A DNA stretch of 64,000 nucleotides from the NCBI GenBank assembly GCA_964016885.1, contig OZ024741.1, positions 84,258,001 through 84,322,000 on the forward strand. Reading direction: 5' to 3'. The DNA is from Eledone cirrhosa. Its lineage: Eukaryota. The stretch's first letter is position 1, and each line of letters starts with the position of its first letter. Made by a program: the position numbers and the translations under genes. Positions 38,737 to 52,445 of this stretch are shown one piece after another. Below the pieces are notes generated by a model. That model worked only from the letters and a program-made list of their open reading frames with translations. It was not told the DNA's origin and searched no databases.

Positions 38737-39957
38737 CTTCATTAATGCACTCTTTTTTCATTCCTCCTTGATGTAATTTCAATTGATTACTAAATTGTTT
38801 TCCTCTCTCAGTAAATGAGTAATCATAGGAGATATGGAAACATAATAAACAATTATGTTTATCCTTCCTGTCCCTACCACCTCTTGATCGCCTGATTATT
38901 AAATGAGAATCTCTTGATATGGAATGAATATTGAAGGTTTAAGCCTAACAGAAAAGAATAGAAATATATATATATGCAAATGGCAAACAGAAATAATAAA
39001 GAAAAAGACAGTACAATAAATAAATATATTATTAGTTTTCCGCTTAATACAGTAGGAAAAGAGTGTTATCGTTTTGGACGTCATTCTTTCATCAGAAAAT
39101 AGAATGGGAAATTAAAGAAGAAATAGAAAGATTGAGGAGACGAACAGGGCGGCAACGGAAAATTAACAAATTCATTCATGTTGTCTTCACTTGGAAAACT
39201 GTTGATCCTGTCGTTTTGTGTATGCTATAACGTTTTGAAAAAGTGGTGATCGACCGCCTCTATCGAAAGAGTAAAAAGCCGTTTGCTACATAGAGTTGTA
39301 CGTGTGCGCGTGCGTCTAGGTGTGTGTGTGTGTGTGTGCGTCCGTACGAAGCTAAGAGGATATGTGTGTGTGTGTTTGTAAGTACGAGGTTGTGAGAAAA
39401 TGCGTGTATATACAACGGTGTATATATATATAGAGAGAGAGAGGAACTTATATCGTTTCAGCAACACAAAGTATTTTGTACACACATTTTTTATCATTTA
39501 CATTAATACCTCATAGTTTATAATTGCTCCAAGGTTATCAAGTTGTTGAGTTTATTAAACTGTGTCTAATACTTCATACCTCTTTCTAGCTGATCATGTC
39601 CATTCCTATTTCTATCTGCACTACCAATTGAAACTTGCCTTCGCACTTTTCACACTAAATTTGAATTATTGATGCTCACAACGAAGGTCCATTGTGCATT
39701 TTTGTTGAAAAATGTAATCATACATATCATATATGTATTGATACATCAGCATATTATATATAGTTGAGACAAGAGTACTCAATATCGAAGTAGACTCTAA
39801 ATATTCATTTATTGGGGCTAAATAGTGAGTTGTTTTACCCAACAGTATAGGCAGCACAAATAAGGGAAGACGTACAGGATGGGGAGAAGGAGAGGCGAAA
39901 TCCTGAAAGAATGGGATTACATGAAAAGAGTTATTAATAAGATGAACATATAAGGGA

Positions 39958-42900
39958 AACGATGGTAGTGGCAATGGAGTGGGGTGATAAAAGGAATAAT
40001 ATATATGTAGGGGGCTAAATGGTAAATAATAGCTTTTAATGGTTGGTCAGCTGAAATAGGTATTTTTACAGGAATAAGATAAGAACTGGGTCAGTGACGG
40101 AAGAAGAAAGAATAAAACTATGATAAGAATCTAGTCGATGATGATGGTGAAGGTCTGTGTGTAAGCTAGGGTAGTGAAAAAGAAAAGGAAACATTGGTGG
40201 AATGGGTGTGTTGAATTCCTGTGTAGTGTGGTAGTATCATTGATAAGATAAAAATATGAAAAGCTATAGTCAAAAAGGTTTCTTATCAAAAATGACATTA
40301 ATATTAATATTAATATTACCAGAATTAAAATAAAATATGATATAGAGATATAAAGATTATGATTATGAAATACTATGAAATGTGGTGTATATATAAGAGA
40401 GTATATTTGATAATGGATAGAGAAATAACTAAAATGGGAGAGTGAATATGTTGAGACTATGGTGTGAGTTATTGATGGCGACGGCGGTGGTGTTACTATC
40501 GAAAAATATATAAAATATAAAGTAATGTCTTTTAAAATAGAATATGGAGAATAGAAAAAAATATGGAAAATATTATATCTATAATATACTATAATGCAAT
40601 AGAATAAAGATTATGAAAATATAAAATTATGAAATGTAACATATAAGTGTGTTGAAATATCTATAGAGTATTATGTTCATGGTGAAAACTATGATCGGTG
40701 GGTTGGTAAGTAGTGGCGGGAGTGGCATCTGTTTCAAGGAAATATGTAAAATATAAGGTATAAAAACCTTTTTAAATAATAATCTAAAATAATACAAAAT
40801 AAAAATAAAATATAAGGAATAGGAAAATATAAAGACTTTAAAGATAATGAACTATGAATTTATATAATATAATATATAATATATCAGAGTAGTGAAATAT
40901 ATTAAGCAAATTATTTTGATGCTGGGTTACCCGCAGTCAGCAGAGCTTGAATCTAGGTTGTTGGGTAGGGTCTTCTCACATTTGCGCAATGCTGTACATA
41001 TCGATATCCAGTTGACAATCCTTATGGTTGTGGGTTATCAACTGCTTGGATATGTTTGAAGCAACTATACTGAACTTTCTTGTATGTTAGCAGGAGGACA
41101 GTGTTTCATCCCGTGATCACATACATTCTTGAAAATATATAAAATAAGATCAGTAAATCCACCAACCTCAAACAGGAGAACTACAGTAGCTCCAAAATCA
41201 AGCTGTTTATCAATAAAGACGACACAATCAACTGCAAGGTTATACAATTTGACATTATATGAACATATATGTATATCCATACATTTCTCGCTAACCACTC
41301 CTCATGTCCCTGGAGCTGGTTGAACGCTACACCATCCAGATGAGATTCAAATCATACAAAACAGGAGAAACTCACGGCTGTACTGTAATAACTCGTTCTA
41401 CGTAAAGAAGCACGGTGACGAAATTTTGATGGCGCAATGGGGCGGATGTTGAAGAACTTGTCAGAGATAACACCTCCTGAAAAGGAATCTCCCAGGCATC
41501 GAGGTTGGACTATACCGAGACGATGGACATGATATAACCCGCAAATGCGGGTTATATCATGTCCATCGACATAGATAATCTGAGAAAAACCCTAATTGAT
41601 GCGGCGAGACGACTGGGATAACATCTGCAGTTATATCCCGCCTCAAAATTGCAGATTACCTGATATGACCATGGATCTATACACGGCCCTACACCGATCG
41701 TTTCACAAGCCAAACGGAGACTGCAGTTATATCAGCAAAGGCTTTAATCACCCACCCAACATTACGCTCCAGATATTGAAGAGCAGGCGTAGGTGAATAT
41801 CCAGCTTATTTTCAATTAGACAGATATACGGCACGGCTTCCCCTCCATCAACAACACATTAAATAAAAGTGAATTTAATGAGAGGCTAACATATATCCAC
41901 CCATACATACACACAGAATACCCAGTGAGAAGACCCTCCCCAACAACCTAGATTCTATACCTCAGCAACCACTGCTACACTGCAAGCTTTCCTGATTGCG
42001 AGTAACCTATCATCAAAATAATTTGTTTCATATATTTCATTTCTCTTATATGTAATATATTATATTATATAACTAATTTCATTATCATCATTGTCTATAT
42101 ATTTTCCTATTCCTTATATTTTATTTTTATTTTATATTATTTTAAATTTTTATTTTTATTTTTCATACCTTACATTTTACATATTTCCTTGAAAGCGACA
42201 CCACCCCGCCACTACTTACTCACCCACCCATCATAGTTTTCTCAATTACTGTAATACTCTATACATATTTCAACACACTTGTATGTTACACTATAGCCCT
42301 ACATTTCATAATTTTATATTTTCATAATCTTTATTCTATTGCATTATAGTATATTATAGATATCATATTTTTTCTATTCGCCATATTCTATTTTAAAATA
42401 CATTACTTTATATTTTACATATTTCTCGATAGTAAGACCAGCGCCGTCACCACCTATAACTTACACCGTAGTCTCCATACATTCAATCTCCCCTTATAGT
42501 TATTTCTCTACTTGATATCATATATACACTCTTATATGCACGATATCTTATAACCTCGCATTTCATAATATTTCACAATCATAAAAGTTATTATCTCCAT
42601 ATCGTTATTTTATTTTAATCCTCGTAATGTTGATCTTGGTTTTCAATTTATTATTCATATAAACCCTTTTTACTATAAATTTCCCGACTTTTATTTTATC
42701 TTTAATATTACCACACCACACAGTATTTCAACCCACCCACTATCACCAAATATCCACTGAACCGTTCCCTTTTATTCTGTCAATTCCAGCAATGTTTCCT
42801 TTTCTTCTTCACCATCTTCCCCAACGCACATATCAACAGCATCATCATCTACTAGATCCTTATCATAGTTGAATTCTTTCCTCCATTGCCACCGATCCAC

Positions 42901-43033
42901 TTCATCTTATTTTATTCCAATAAAAATATCTATTTCAGTTGATCAACCTTTAAAAATCTATTCTTTCTTCTCCCAACATAACCCTTATCACCTTCTTCAA
43001 ATAGCCCTATTCCCCAACTGCCATTACCATCCT
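39958..43033 (+). mobile_element. Old Neptune-type PLE with ~1-kb inverted arms (39958-40980 / 41925-43033)
   Basis: Arms are diverged reverse complements (e.g. GAATCTAGGTTGTTGGG / CCCAACAACCTAGATTC); centre holds RT motifs. Confidence 0.88.
41140..41900 (+). pseudogene. PLE reverse transcriptase remnant
   Basis: CKVIQFDI, EIQII..RNSRLY..YVKKHG, NFDGAMG, GADVEELV, VGLYRDDG (YRDD 41513-41524) and HKPN..YI..NHPP occur in the correct order with frameshifts. Confidence 0.9.
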
Positions 43034-43260
43034 TTCCAGTCCAGCCTCGTCCTCATCGCACCGATCGCCGTGGAAACCTCATGCGTACGTGGTCCCCGTA
43101 CTGCTGAGCTCATCCACAAGTTCGAAACGTCAGCAGCCCGTCTAAGGAAGGAGCTCGAGAAGGTGGGAGGTGGATGTTTCAGCAGGTGTCGCAGGCCATT
43201 ATCCACGGAAATGCTTTTGTATTCTTGTCTATGGGCTGCATCCCAAGCACCGCCGCAACA
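43033..43260 (+). mobile_element. CRE-like LINE restriction-like endonuclease C-terminal fragment
   Basis: PIAVETSCVRGPRT followed, after a frameshift, by WMFQQVSQAIIHGNAFVFL; matches the P.AVET.G..GP...LFQRLS.AI.RGNA pattern. Confidence 0.7.
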
Positions 43261-43826
43261 TAGGCCCAGAGCCCATCACTCTGCCACTTGGTTTGTCAGC
43301 AGTGACTGCCGATATGGTATTTGGATTGGTGTCTGTGGTGGCAAAACTGGAATCTTTGATTGTGGTGGTCTTGAATGACTTTGGCTATGAAATCGATGTA
43401 GTCAGGTCAGTTGTTTCACTATTTCTAAAAATGACTACTGCTCTGCTGCTTCACTCTGAATTAGGTCTGCATGTGCATATTGTTTCCCCTTTGGCATACT
43501 TCCGGGCAGTGACCCTATGTGCTGCGTCGTGTGTTTGTTTTGGTTTTGGCTGGAGTATTTCGGATTGGACTTAGCTCGCCAAACGCCAGGGGTGACCGAA
43601 ATTACACCCTAACTCTGCTTCTCCATGCCAGCAGGTTCACTTTCTGAAGAATTTGCAGGTTACCTGGGTTTTCTCTTTTCCGAGGGCCTCGATATATATA
43701 TATATATAGAGAGAGAGATATATATATATAGATATATGAATATTTATATATATTAGCAATTGGAGCGACCAACGGAAACATTGTTTCCTCGGTCCGATTA
43801 TACGGAAGTCGATCGGAAAATATATA

Positions 43827-43858
<32 letters not shown>

Positions 43859-45024
43859 GTAGATAAATCTACCAAAATAAACGGTAGTGTCCAATCCGTA
43901 TGAAGAACTCAATGTAATCCAAATATAGAAGATATGAAAAGAGAAAATGCATTCAAAATTTAACTATAAAAATCATAGGAAAGCAGAGTCAAGATAAATT
44001 AATAAAAACAATGAAATAAAAACAAAGAACAGGTTCCTTATAATGAAAAAAAATCATCATATTAGGATCGTTTCTTGGATATATATGTGTGCGTTGGTAT
44101 GTATATCATATTAAAGATCTATGTAAAAAAATATTACAAATTATCAGAGGAGATATACATACCTTCACCTATATATGCCATCTTCAGAAATGAGGAAGTA
44201 TGTTTATTGAAAGAAACAAAGTATTAATACTAAAAGTCTGTTTGGGAACAGGTTTTGACCAATAGAAAAAGAGTTAGAGAATAACAGTAGTAGAAACTTT
44301 ATGCTAGGAGTGGAGGAATGTAAATGTATGCTTTGAATGAAAAGAATACAATGGGGAAGAGAAAGGTAGGGGTTAAAAAGAGGTCATGTCAATGAGATAG
44401 TGAAGGATCCCCCTCCCCCAAAAATTTATGTTATTAAAAAATGCTATTACAAACGAAGGGGAAAATAATTTTTTGTGGGATGAGAATGTTAGCGAGAAAT
44501 ACTACTCCTGTTTAAATTTCAAGGAACCTAGATACATAAAAGGAAATTAAATTAATTGATAGGTATACTTACAGAGTTAAAATTATATTAATTCTTATGA
44601 AAGTGATAAATAAAGAAGTAAAAAAATAAATTAAATAAATAAAAAAATATATATAGAAAGACTGAAATAGATAACATTTTATAAAAAGTAGTGTATCTAT
44701 CTGAACATCTATAATATTAAAGATATTAATTATAATTACTAATCCTAGGTATTAAATAATCCTAGGTATTAAATGTGATAGATAGGGGATGCGGTTAAAA
44801 GACGTAATGATGTTAAAGATAACATTAGGTAAAGTGGGCTGCATGAGGGAAATTAAATTATGAAAATCTTTGTAGTAAATATCTAATTATAGGTTAACTA
44901 AATTAAAGAATTTTTTTTAAATGACTTATAATAATTTGTAAAATATATGAGTGAGGTATATATTAATTCAGTTTATAATATTTGAAGGTTTTTCTAATTC
45001 TATGATTACATAATATAATTAACT

Positions 45025-45204
45025 GTTTCTATTTTACGCACAAGGCCAGCAATTACGCAGTACATTACTGGTACTTTATTTTATCGACCCCGTAAGGATG
45101 AAAGGCAGAGTTAACCTCGCCGGGATTTGAACTCAGATCATAAAGGGACGTAACTCTATGCTTCAAAGCATGGTGTCCGACTCTCTACCGATACTGCCAA
45201 TTCA
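45025..45204 (-). mobile_element. tRNA-derived SINE inserted in the PLE left arm
   Basis: Near full-length family match; absent from the right arm. Confidence 0.95.
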
Positions 45205-45469
45205 CCTGTCGCTTATTTAGATTTCATGATTTCAAATAGTTCTTGGGAGCATAATCTACACTCATATCTGCTATTTTGATAAGGGGTGGCCCTTTTGAGC
45301 ACGCTCCAGGCCAGGTTGTAATCAATATCCTTCTTTCTATAATTATTAATTGCTTCAGCCAAGGATGTTGTATTAGCTTATTTAACATTAGCCATTTAAC
45401 ATTAATTCATCTTTTCCCCACCTTAAAGGTGGTTTATATCGTCATGGCTGTCTTCTATCCATTAATCTT

Positions 45470-47050
45470 AGCCTAGCAGAAATTGAAAAAAATAAAAAAA
45501 CTTATTAGAACTTTCCACAACGACTATTATAATCTCACTATTACATTTGAAAACACCAGTAAAATAGACAGTTTCCTAGATATAACTATGGACCTATCTA
45601 CAGGTATCTACCAACCTTACCATAAACCTAACCAAAACTTGCATTACATACACTCACAATCTAATCACCCTAGATCTATCCTTAAAAACCTAGCATATAA
45701 TATCTCACTCTGAATCTCTAACCTTTCATTAAATCATGACGTATTCGATAAAAACGCGCCCCTTTATAATGAAGCTTTAGCTAGAAGCGGCTATAAGAAT
45801 AAATTAGTCTAAATACGTTGCACCAATAATATTTCAAACATACAACCTAATATTACCAACAAACACCAAATGAAAAACGCACACCTAAATGCCACTCATA
45901 CTACACTTAAAAACACCAACCCAAAATTTAATTTCTCTACCTCTTCTAACATAAAAGATAATGACTTTCAAAAAACCATTCACCCTATTACTCTTACATA
46001 TGGTAACAACATAACTAACAACATTCCTAGTAATGAGACTAAAACATCAATTAATCTAACTAAACCTATATATAATAAATTCACTAATAGTAACTCTCTC
46101 AGTAAACGTCCCGATACATCATATAAATATAAGAAACAATGTCGAAACCGTAATAGACGGATTACTTGGTATAATGCTCCATTTAATCTACAGATTAAAG
46201 ACCATATCCCTAACAAATTCTTTGCTATCCTAGAGAAACACGTCCCACCAAACCATAAATACCATCAAATTTTAAATAGATCTACTGTCAAATTTTCCTA
46301 CTCCACTACCAAGAATATACAACAGAATATAAGTGCTTACACCACATATAAGTGTAAAAAAAACATAAATATACCACCGACTCATCAAACCAACCATAAT
46401 AATACTAAAGTAAACCAAAACAAACCACCTTCTTCTTCACCTATAATAGGTCCTGTAAACTCCACACCAATTTTGACTAATAATCTCCAAAACAAACAGA
46501 ACTCTACTAGCTCCATATCCCCTAAACTATCCCCAACAACAACCTGTCTAACCATACTAATCTAATTACAACTCATTCTAAACCATACATTAATGAAAAT
46601 AGTAACACTAACACCACTATTGATAACACAATTGACTCTCCTGATACAATATTTACGAAAGGCGGTAACTGTAGAATCAAAAGAAATTGTCTTATTAATA
46701 ACATAGTCTATAAATGTGTAATTAGTACTAAGGACTCCACTTAAACCTATATAGGAGTTACGTCTAACAAATTTAAAGTAAGATTTAATACACACAAACA
46801 TAGTTTTTAAAATGCCGCATTAGCTAATACAACATCCTTGGCTGAAGCAATTAATAATTATAGAAAGAAGGATATTGATTACATCCTGACCTAGAGCGTG
46901 CTCAAAAGCGCCACCCCTTATCAAAATACAGATATGAGTGTAGATTATGTTCCCAAGAACTATTTGAAATTATGAAATCTAATGACATCCCATTAAATAA
47001 GTGACAGGAGTTAATTATATCATGCAATCATAGAATTAGAAAAACCTTCA
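45470..47050 (+). pseudogene. PLE polyprotein C-terminal half: RT thumb, linker, GIY-YIG
   Basis: FLDITMDL..YHKPN..YIHSQSNHP; RRITWYNAPF..KHVPPNHKYHQILNRSTVKFSYS; CLINNIVYKC..TYIGVTSNKFKVRFNTHKHSF; CRLCSQE..LNK*QEL..CNH. Several stops. Confidence 0.95.
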
Positions 47051-47860
47051 AATATTATAATCTTAAGTAATATATACCTCACTCTTATATTTTACAAATT
47101 ATAATTAATTTTTAAAAAATTCTTTAATTTAGTTAACCTAAAATTAGATATTTACTACAAAGAACTTCATAATTTAATTTCCCTGTTGCAACCAACTTTA
47201 CCTAATGTTATCTGTAACATCACTACTTCTTTTAACCACATCCACTATCTATCACATTTAATACCTAGGATTATTTAATACCTAGGATTATTTAATACCT
47301 AGGATTAGTAATTATAATTAATATCTTTAATATTATGGATGTTTAGATAGATACACTACTTTTTATAAAACGTTATTTATTTCATTCTTTCTATATATAT
47401 TTTTTATTTATTTTTTTTTTATAATTTTACTTCTTTATTTATCACATTCATAAGAATTAATATAATTTTAACTCTGTAAGTATATCTATCAATTAATTTA
47501 ATTTCCTGTTATGTATCTAGGTTCCTTGAAATTTAAACAGGAGTAGTATTTCTCACTAACACTCTCATCCCACAAAAATCCTTTTTCCCTTCGCTTTTAA
47601 TAGCATTCTTTAATTACATGGCGGGGAATACTTCACTATCTCATTGACTTGACCTCATTTTAACCCCTACCTTTCTCTTTCCCATTGTATTCTTTTCATT
47701 CAAAGCATAAATTTACATTCCTCCACTCCTAGCATAAAGTTTCTACTACTGTTATTCTATCAACTTGACCTCTAACTCTTTTTCTATTGGTCAATTCAAA
47801 ATCTGTTCCCAAACAGGCTTTTAGATTTAATACTTTGTTTCTTTCAATAAACATACTTCC

Positions 47861-48000
47861 TCATTTCTGAAGATGGCATATATAGGTGAAGGTATGTATA
47901 TCTTCTCTTATAATTTGCAATATTTTTTTACATAGATCTTTAATATGATATACATACCAACACACACATATATATCCCAGAAACGATCCTAATATGATGA
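47861..48000 (+). ncRNA. Hammerhead motif homologous to 6641-6780 (inverted twin at about 44053-44193)
   Basis: CTGAAGA 47867-47873, long stem II, GAAACGATC 47980-47988; stem III and stem I each carry a mismatch shared by both arms. Confidence 0.7.
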
Positions 48001-50098
48001 TCTTTTTCAATATAAGGAACCTGTTCTTTGGTTTTTTTTTCATTGTTTTTATTAACATATATATATATATATATATATATACATACATATATGTATATAT
48101 CTATATATGTGTATGTATGTACATATATACATATATGTGTGTGTGTGTGCGGCTATGTGTGTTCAGATTAAACTTCAATCATTCCTCTTTCAATATAGTT
48201 TTATCTCGTTATCATTTCGTCTGAAAAGCCTAATCTGCTGACCATAATATATTATTTAATCATAATCCTAACATCCTTTACTTATTACATGTCAATGCAT
48301 GTGAAGTCACCTGTTCTGAGCCCATTATTCAATATAATCAATGCACAATAACATTCGTAACTATTTTTATGTGTTCTCTTTGAATAAGTAGTATACACCT
48401 CCTACATGACTTCCACCTTATTTATGTTCGTGTTCTAGTACAATATATATTCTCATTTTCATAGTATGGTAAAATACGCGTAACTTCTACTTCTATTCCT
48501 CAACCGCTTTTACTATAGCGATTTCTGAGAACATTCAAAACCATGATAATGAAATAATTAAAATGTACTGGACATGCAACGCAACTCTGAGAAATATACT
48601 AAAATCGGAATATTTAATTACGAGCATTGAAATCTGGCTTGTAGCTGGTAATTCTCAAGTGCTATGTATGTATGATGAACATGGAAGTTAAGAACTGAAG
48701 GGAATGCAATGAAAACATAATAGAGTGCAGTCAGAGCAGATTTACTTCGTGCATGGAAAGATTTAGAATGAAGTAATCAGTATTGATGATATAAGGTTTA
48801 CGAGATAAATTATACAATCGCAGGGGAAACTGAAGGCAAATTGAGATAACAAATGATAAATAAATTATTGCTTAATATACTCTATCTCAGAATAAATTTC
48901 TTCCTCACCCTCCATTCATACTTCATCATTTATATATCAGTCAGCCTGTTGTACATCTGTTTATATGGGTTTACAAAAATATCCTATCCTGTTGTTCTCA
49001 CCTTCTCACTTCATCCCCTTTTCACTTTCTCATCTTCGTAGCGTGCACATGCAGTTCAGACATAGTGAGCTACGCTGATATTATCACATTCATCAAATGA
49101 AATGAAGCATGGACATTCCCAAAAGATATCCTCTATTCTGTGAACTCTGATTAAGTAAGTACAATGTTGACTATGTCTTGAGCAACGCTAAAATAAAGGT
49201 TGCCGAATAAGACACAAGAACACTATAAACGATTAATTACTCCGCTGAAAATGATGAAAACTGCAGTAAAAAGTATTCTTTTGCCTTGAAAAGAATCAAC
49301 ATTCGGGTAAAACATAGCTACCTATGGCGTTCCTCAAGCAGAACATATCAATGTTATTTATTCACTGAACATTATCATCTTTGTATATCAGTTCGAGTGC
49401 AGGATGAACTAAGTATTTAAATATCTAATCAGTTTGCATGACAGTTGTTCATTTTCGTAGTGCGTCCCTCGATACAATTCCAACAAATGTGATTAGTTCC
49501 TCATATGACTGGTACTTGGGTGTATTCTTCCTATATATCTTTTTCTTACTTCGGCTTTCTCACACGTTTTACCTCTCACATAATCTGGAGTAAATCAGGT
49601 TTCAGACCTGATGAGATGATAGGCTCCGCCAGATTTAAAAAAAAGCCCAAGACATGCGGTATGTTAAGACTTCATCGCGGGTTCTGCATGTATCCGCCTA
49701 CATAAGTGATATTGTTTGACTTTAATGTTGTTCCCATGCATGATATTTGATAGGAGATAGCCCTTAAATGGCCTCTGTAGTCAGTATCCATAGGGACAGA
49801 AGTTGAACTTCCATTCAAACAACTCAACAACCAACCAGTAACAGGTGTAGCTGATCTAGAAGAGACTGTGTCATCTATCGTTTGTTCCCAGTAGTATGAT
49901 CACAATGGAACGACGTGCCAGCCACTCCTGTGCTCTCCTTTTAAATTCATTCTCTTTTAAGTCTTAGTATCATCCATTCTTAAGTTTTTCATGTTTCGTT
50001 TTCCATTCGTTTTGCCATCCATTAACAATCTTTGTAATGCATTTGTTTATATTTAAGTGTCCAATTCACATAGCTTCCATTCGTTGATGATGGCTAAA

Positions 50099-50318
50099 AA
50101 TTGTTTCTACTTTAGGCACAAAGCCAGCAATTTTTTTTTCTTTGCGGGAGAGGGGGGGACTTATTAAATCGACCCCAGCGCATTACTGGTGTTTTATTTT
50201 ATCGACCCTGTAAGGATGAAAGGCAAAGGTAACCTCGGCGGGATTTGAACTCAAAATGTAAAGGGCCGTAACTCAATGCCTGAAGCACGTTGTCCGACGC
50301 TATACAGATTCTGCCAAT
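50099..50318 (-). mobile_element. SINE, longer variant
   Basis: Family match with an extra GGGGAC..ATCGACCCCAG segment near the tail. Confidence 0.9.
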
Positions 50319-52339
50319 TTTTATCGTTGTTTTTTCAGCTTACAAGGCCACAGAAACAAATTTTGATTGGGACGAACAAAGACATCCTAATTTGCTATAT
50401 AGAGTATGTAATATTTAAAGTGGATACGAATCTATAGTGAAATGATTCGTTTGCTGGCATTTCCTATATAAAGTACACATTATTACTCACGATATACTTA
50501 CATTCGTAGAATTAACAGAAGAACGAGTCAATCGGCTCGTATCCTAAAGAAGAAAGGAAAAAAAACCCACTATATTCGGCAGGATTAGAAAGATTTGTTT
50601 AATGAAATATACGATTGACACAATTAACAGACTGGTCACCGCTGGAAGACGTTTAATCAAGTACCTGTTCATTTAGATTTAACATGAAGCAAAACAATAA
50701 CGTTGTTAATATCTGAGGATAAAGGAATAATTGTTAAGATGATTTAAATTGTTTGAACATTTATCTGCGAATTTATAGATGCTTACATTTTTAATACGCT
50801 ACATTTCCATTGATTTTAATTTCGGATAACAATTAAGTTTCTTCGACATAAATGTTGAAAGGTATATCAGATGGGATTTGAACATTTATTTCTAAACTAT
50901 CTACAACGTCCTTTATATGTATTACTATTCTATTGCAGAATAGCTTTACCACTATTTTAGAAATAATGTGTCCTCATGTGAATCCATTCCATTCTGGCAT
51001 TTTGTAGATATCCAAGAATTCGACAACGAATGGCGATGAGAGATGAAACCGCTCGAAATAACGTGTAGATATAAATATTTATATTTTTGTTTTATCTCTA
51101 AAGATGAATTTAATAGTCCGATAAATGTTGAACTTATCAAGAAAGCTACCACTTTGAATACAGACGACGGCAAATATAATAGCAAGGCTGACAAGAAAAA
51201 CAGCAGCAGCAACAACTATGACAAAAAAAGAATTAAGAAGTCTTTGTTATCGATACTGAGTCAGTGAAGTGTTAAGGTAAACCAGAATAATCTATGATGG
51301 AAAAGAATATAAAGAATGATTTTAGTAAATGAAAATGGTGTGGTATTCTCTCGATGCTTATTGCAATAGTTGAAGTTTGGTTGTTATCTTTTCATAGTTG
51401 TTAACTCTGCCGCTCACATTGAACACATTCCTAAATATTTATTTATACATCCATTCCATTCTATTCCATTCGAAGCCATTCAATCACTTCTTACTGAAAC
51501 CAAAATTAAAGACTTTTATATTGGTTTTGATGTCAGGAAAGATCAATAATTGTTTATGCAAGATCATGACAAGATTTTACTTCAACAACATCACCTGCAC
51601 CGACAATACAACAAGCATGACCGCCAACAATGTTATAACCTTATAAAATCATCACAACCATAACAATTACCACTACAGCAATAAAATCACCCATCTCAGT
51701 AAGCAGTTTCTATTGTAAAAGTAAGTTGATAACAGTAGACATAATTTCATGATTTTTACATCCCTGCACAAAATGTATAAGAGATGAGTCTCACTTATAT
51801 TTTGATTTTCATTTAATAAACCATTTAAATTATATATGTTTTAATCAAACTCTTAGTGACAGTGTGGTAGTAAAGATTCGTATGGCCTTGGATGAACAAA
51901 GGTGTGGCGCCCGTATCTCTGAAGAAATTAGATTATTATTTTTTTTTTTACTCATTACCCATGGATGTAATATAAGGAGTTAATTACCACCTTACACAGA
52001 TCTAAAGTAAAACCTCACTAGAGCATCTTAAAATATAACATCTTATAATATCACAGATACAAAACTTTAACTAACGAATATAAAATCAATTAGATGTACT
52101 TACAAATTCATAAACTATTTTTATGTTTATGTTGTCTAGTTGGTGGGCGTTCGTCGGTTACGACAATAAACGTTCTGGTTGTTTGACTGACGGCACAGTC
52201 TACTCATGGCATTATCGTGTAAATGTCCGAGGATTCTACAGACGCGTGTGTCGTTACCGTAGTTCTCAGTAGGATTGAACGTGACACAGGGTATGTCAAG
52301 GCTGGCCTTTTGAATTATAAGTACAACTGTTTTTCCTGG

Positions 52340-52445
52340 TGCAAGATGAAATAAAATGCCATACTTAAGAAAACAACGTGTCGTCATGAATCGAATTCAT
52401 GAAAACACGATCGTTAGTCGAATACCTTCAATCGCAGTCCATTAT
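52340..52445 (-). mobile_element. Decayed tRNA-like SINE head
   Basis: GAATCGAATTC (reverse B-box) and upstream spacing consistent with a SINE head. Confidence 0.35.

Larger units (their letters stand above)
43860..48055 (+). mobile_element. Neptune-type PLE, 5-prime truncated, with long inverted arms (43999-45378 / 46822-48055)
   Basis: Highly similar reverse-complement arms; (TA)n at both edges; coding centre; an HHR in each arm. Confidence 0.96.

Noticed and set aside
49575-49690. CTGATGA within local hairpins
   Set aside because: No GAAA strand or stem III in register.
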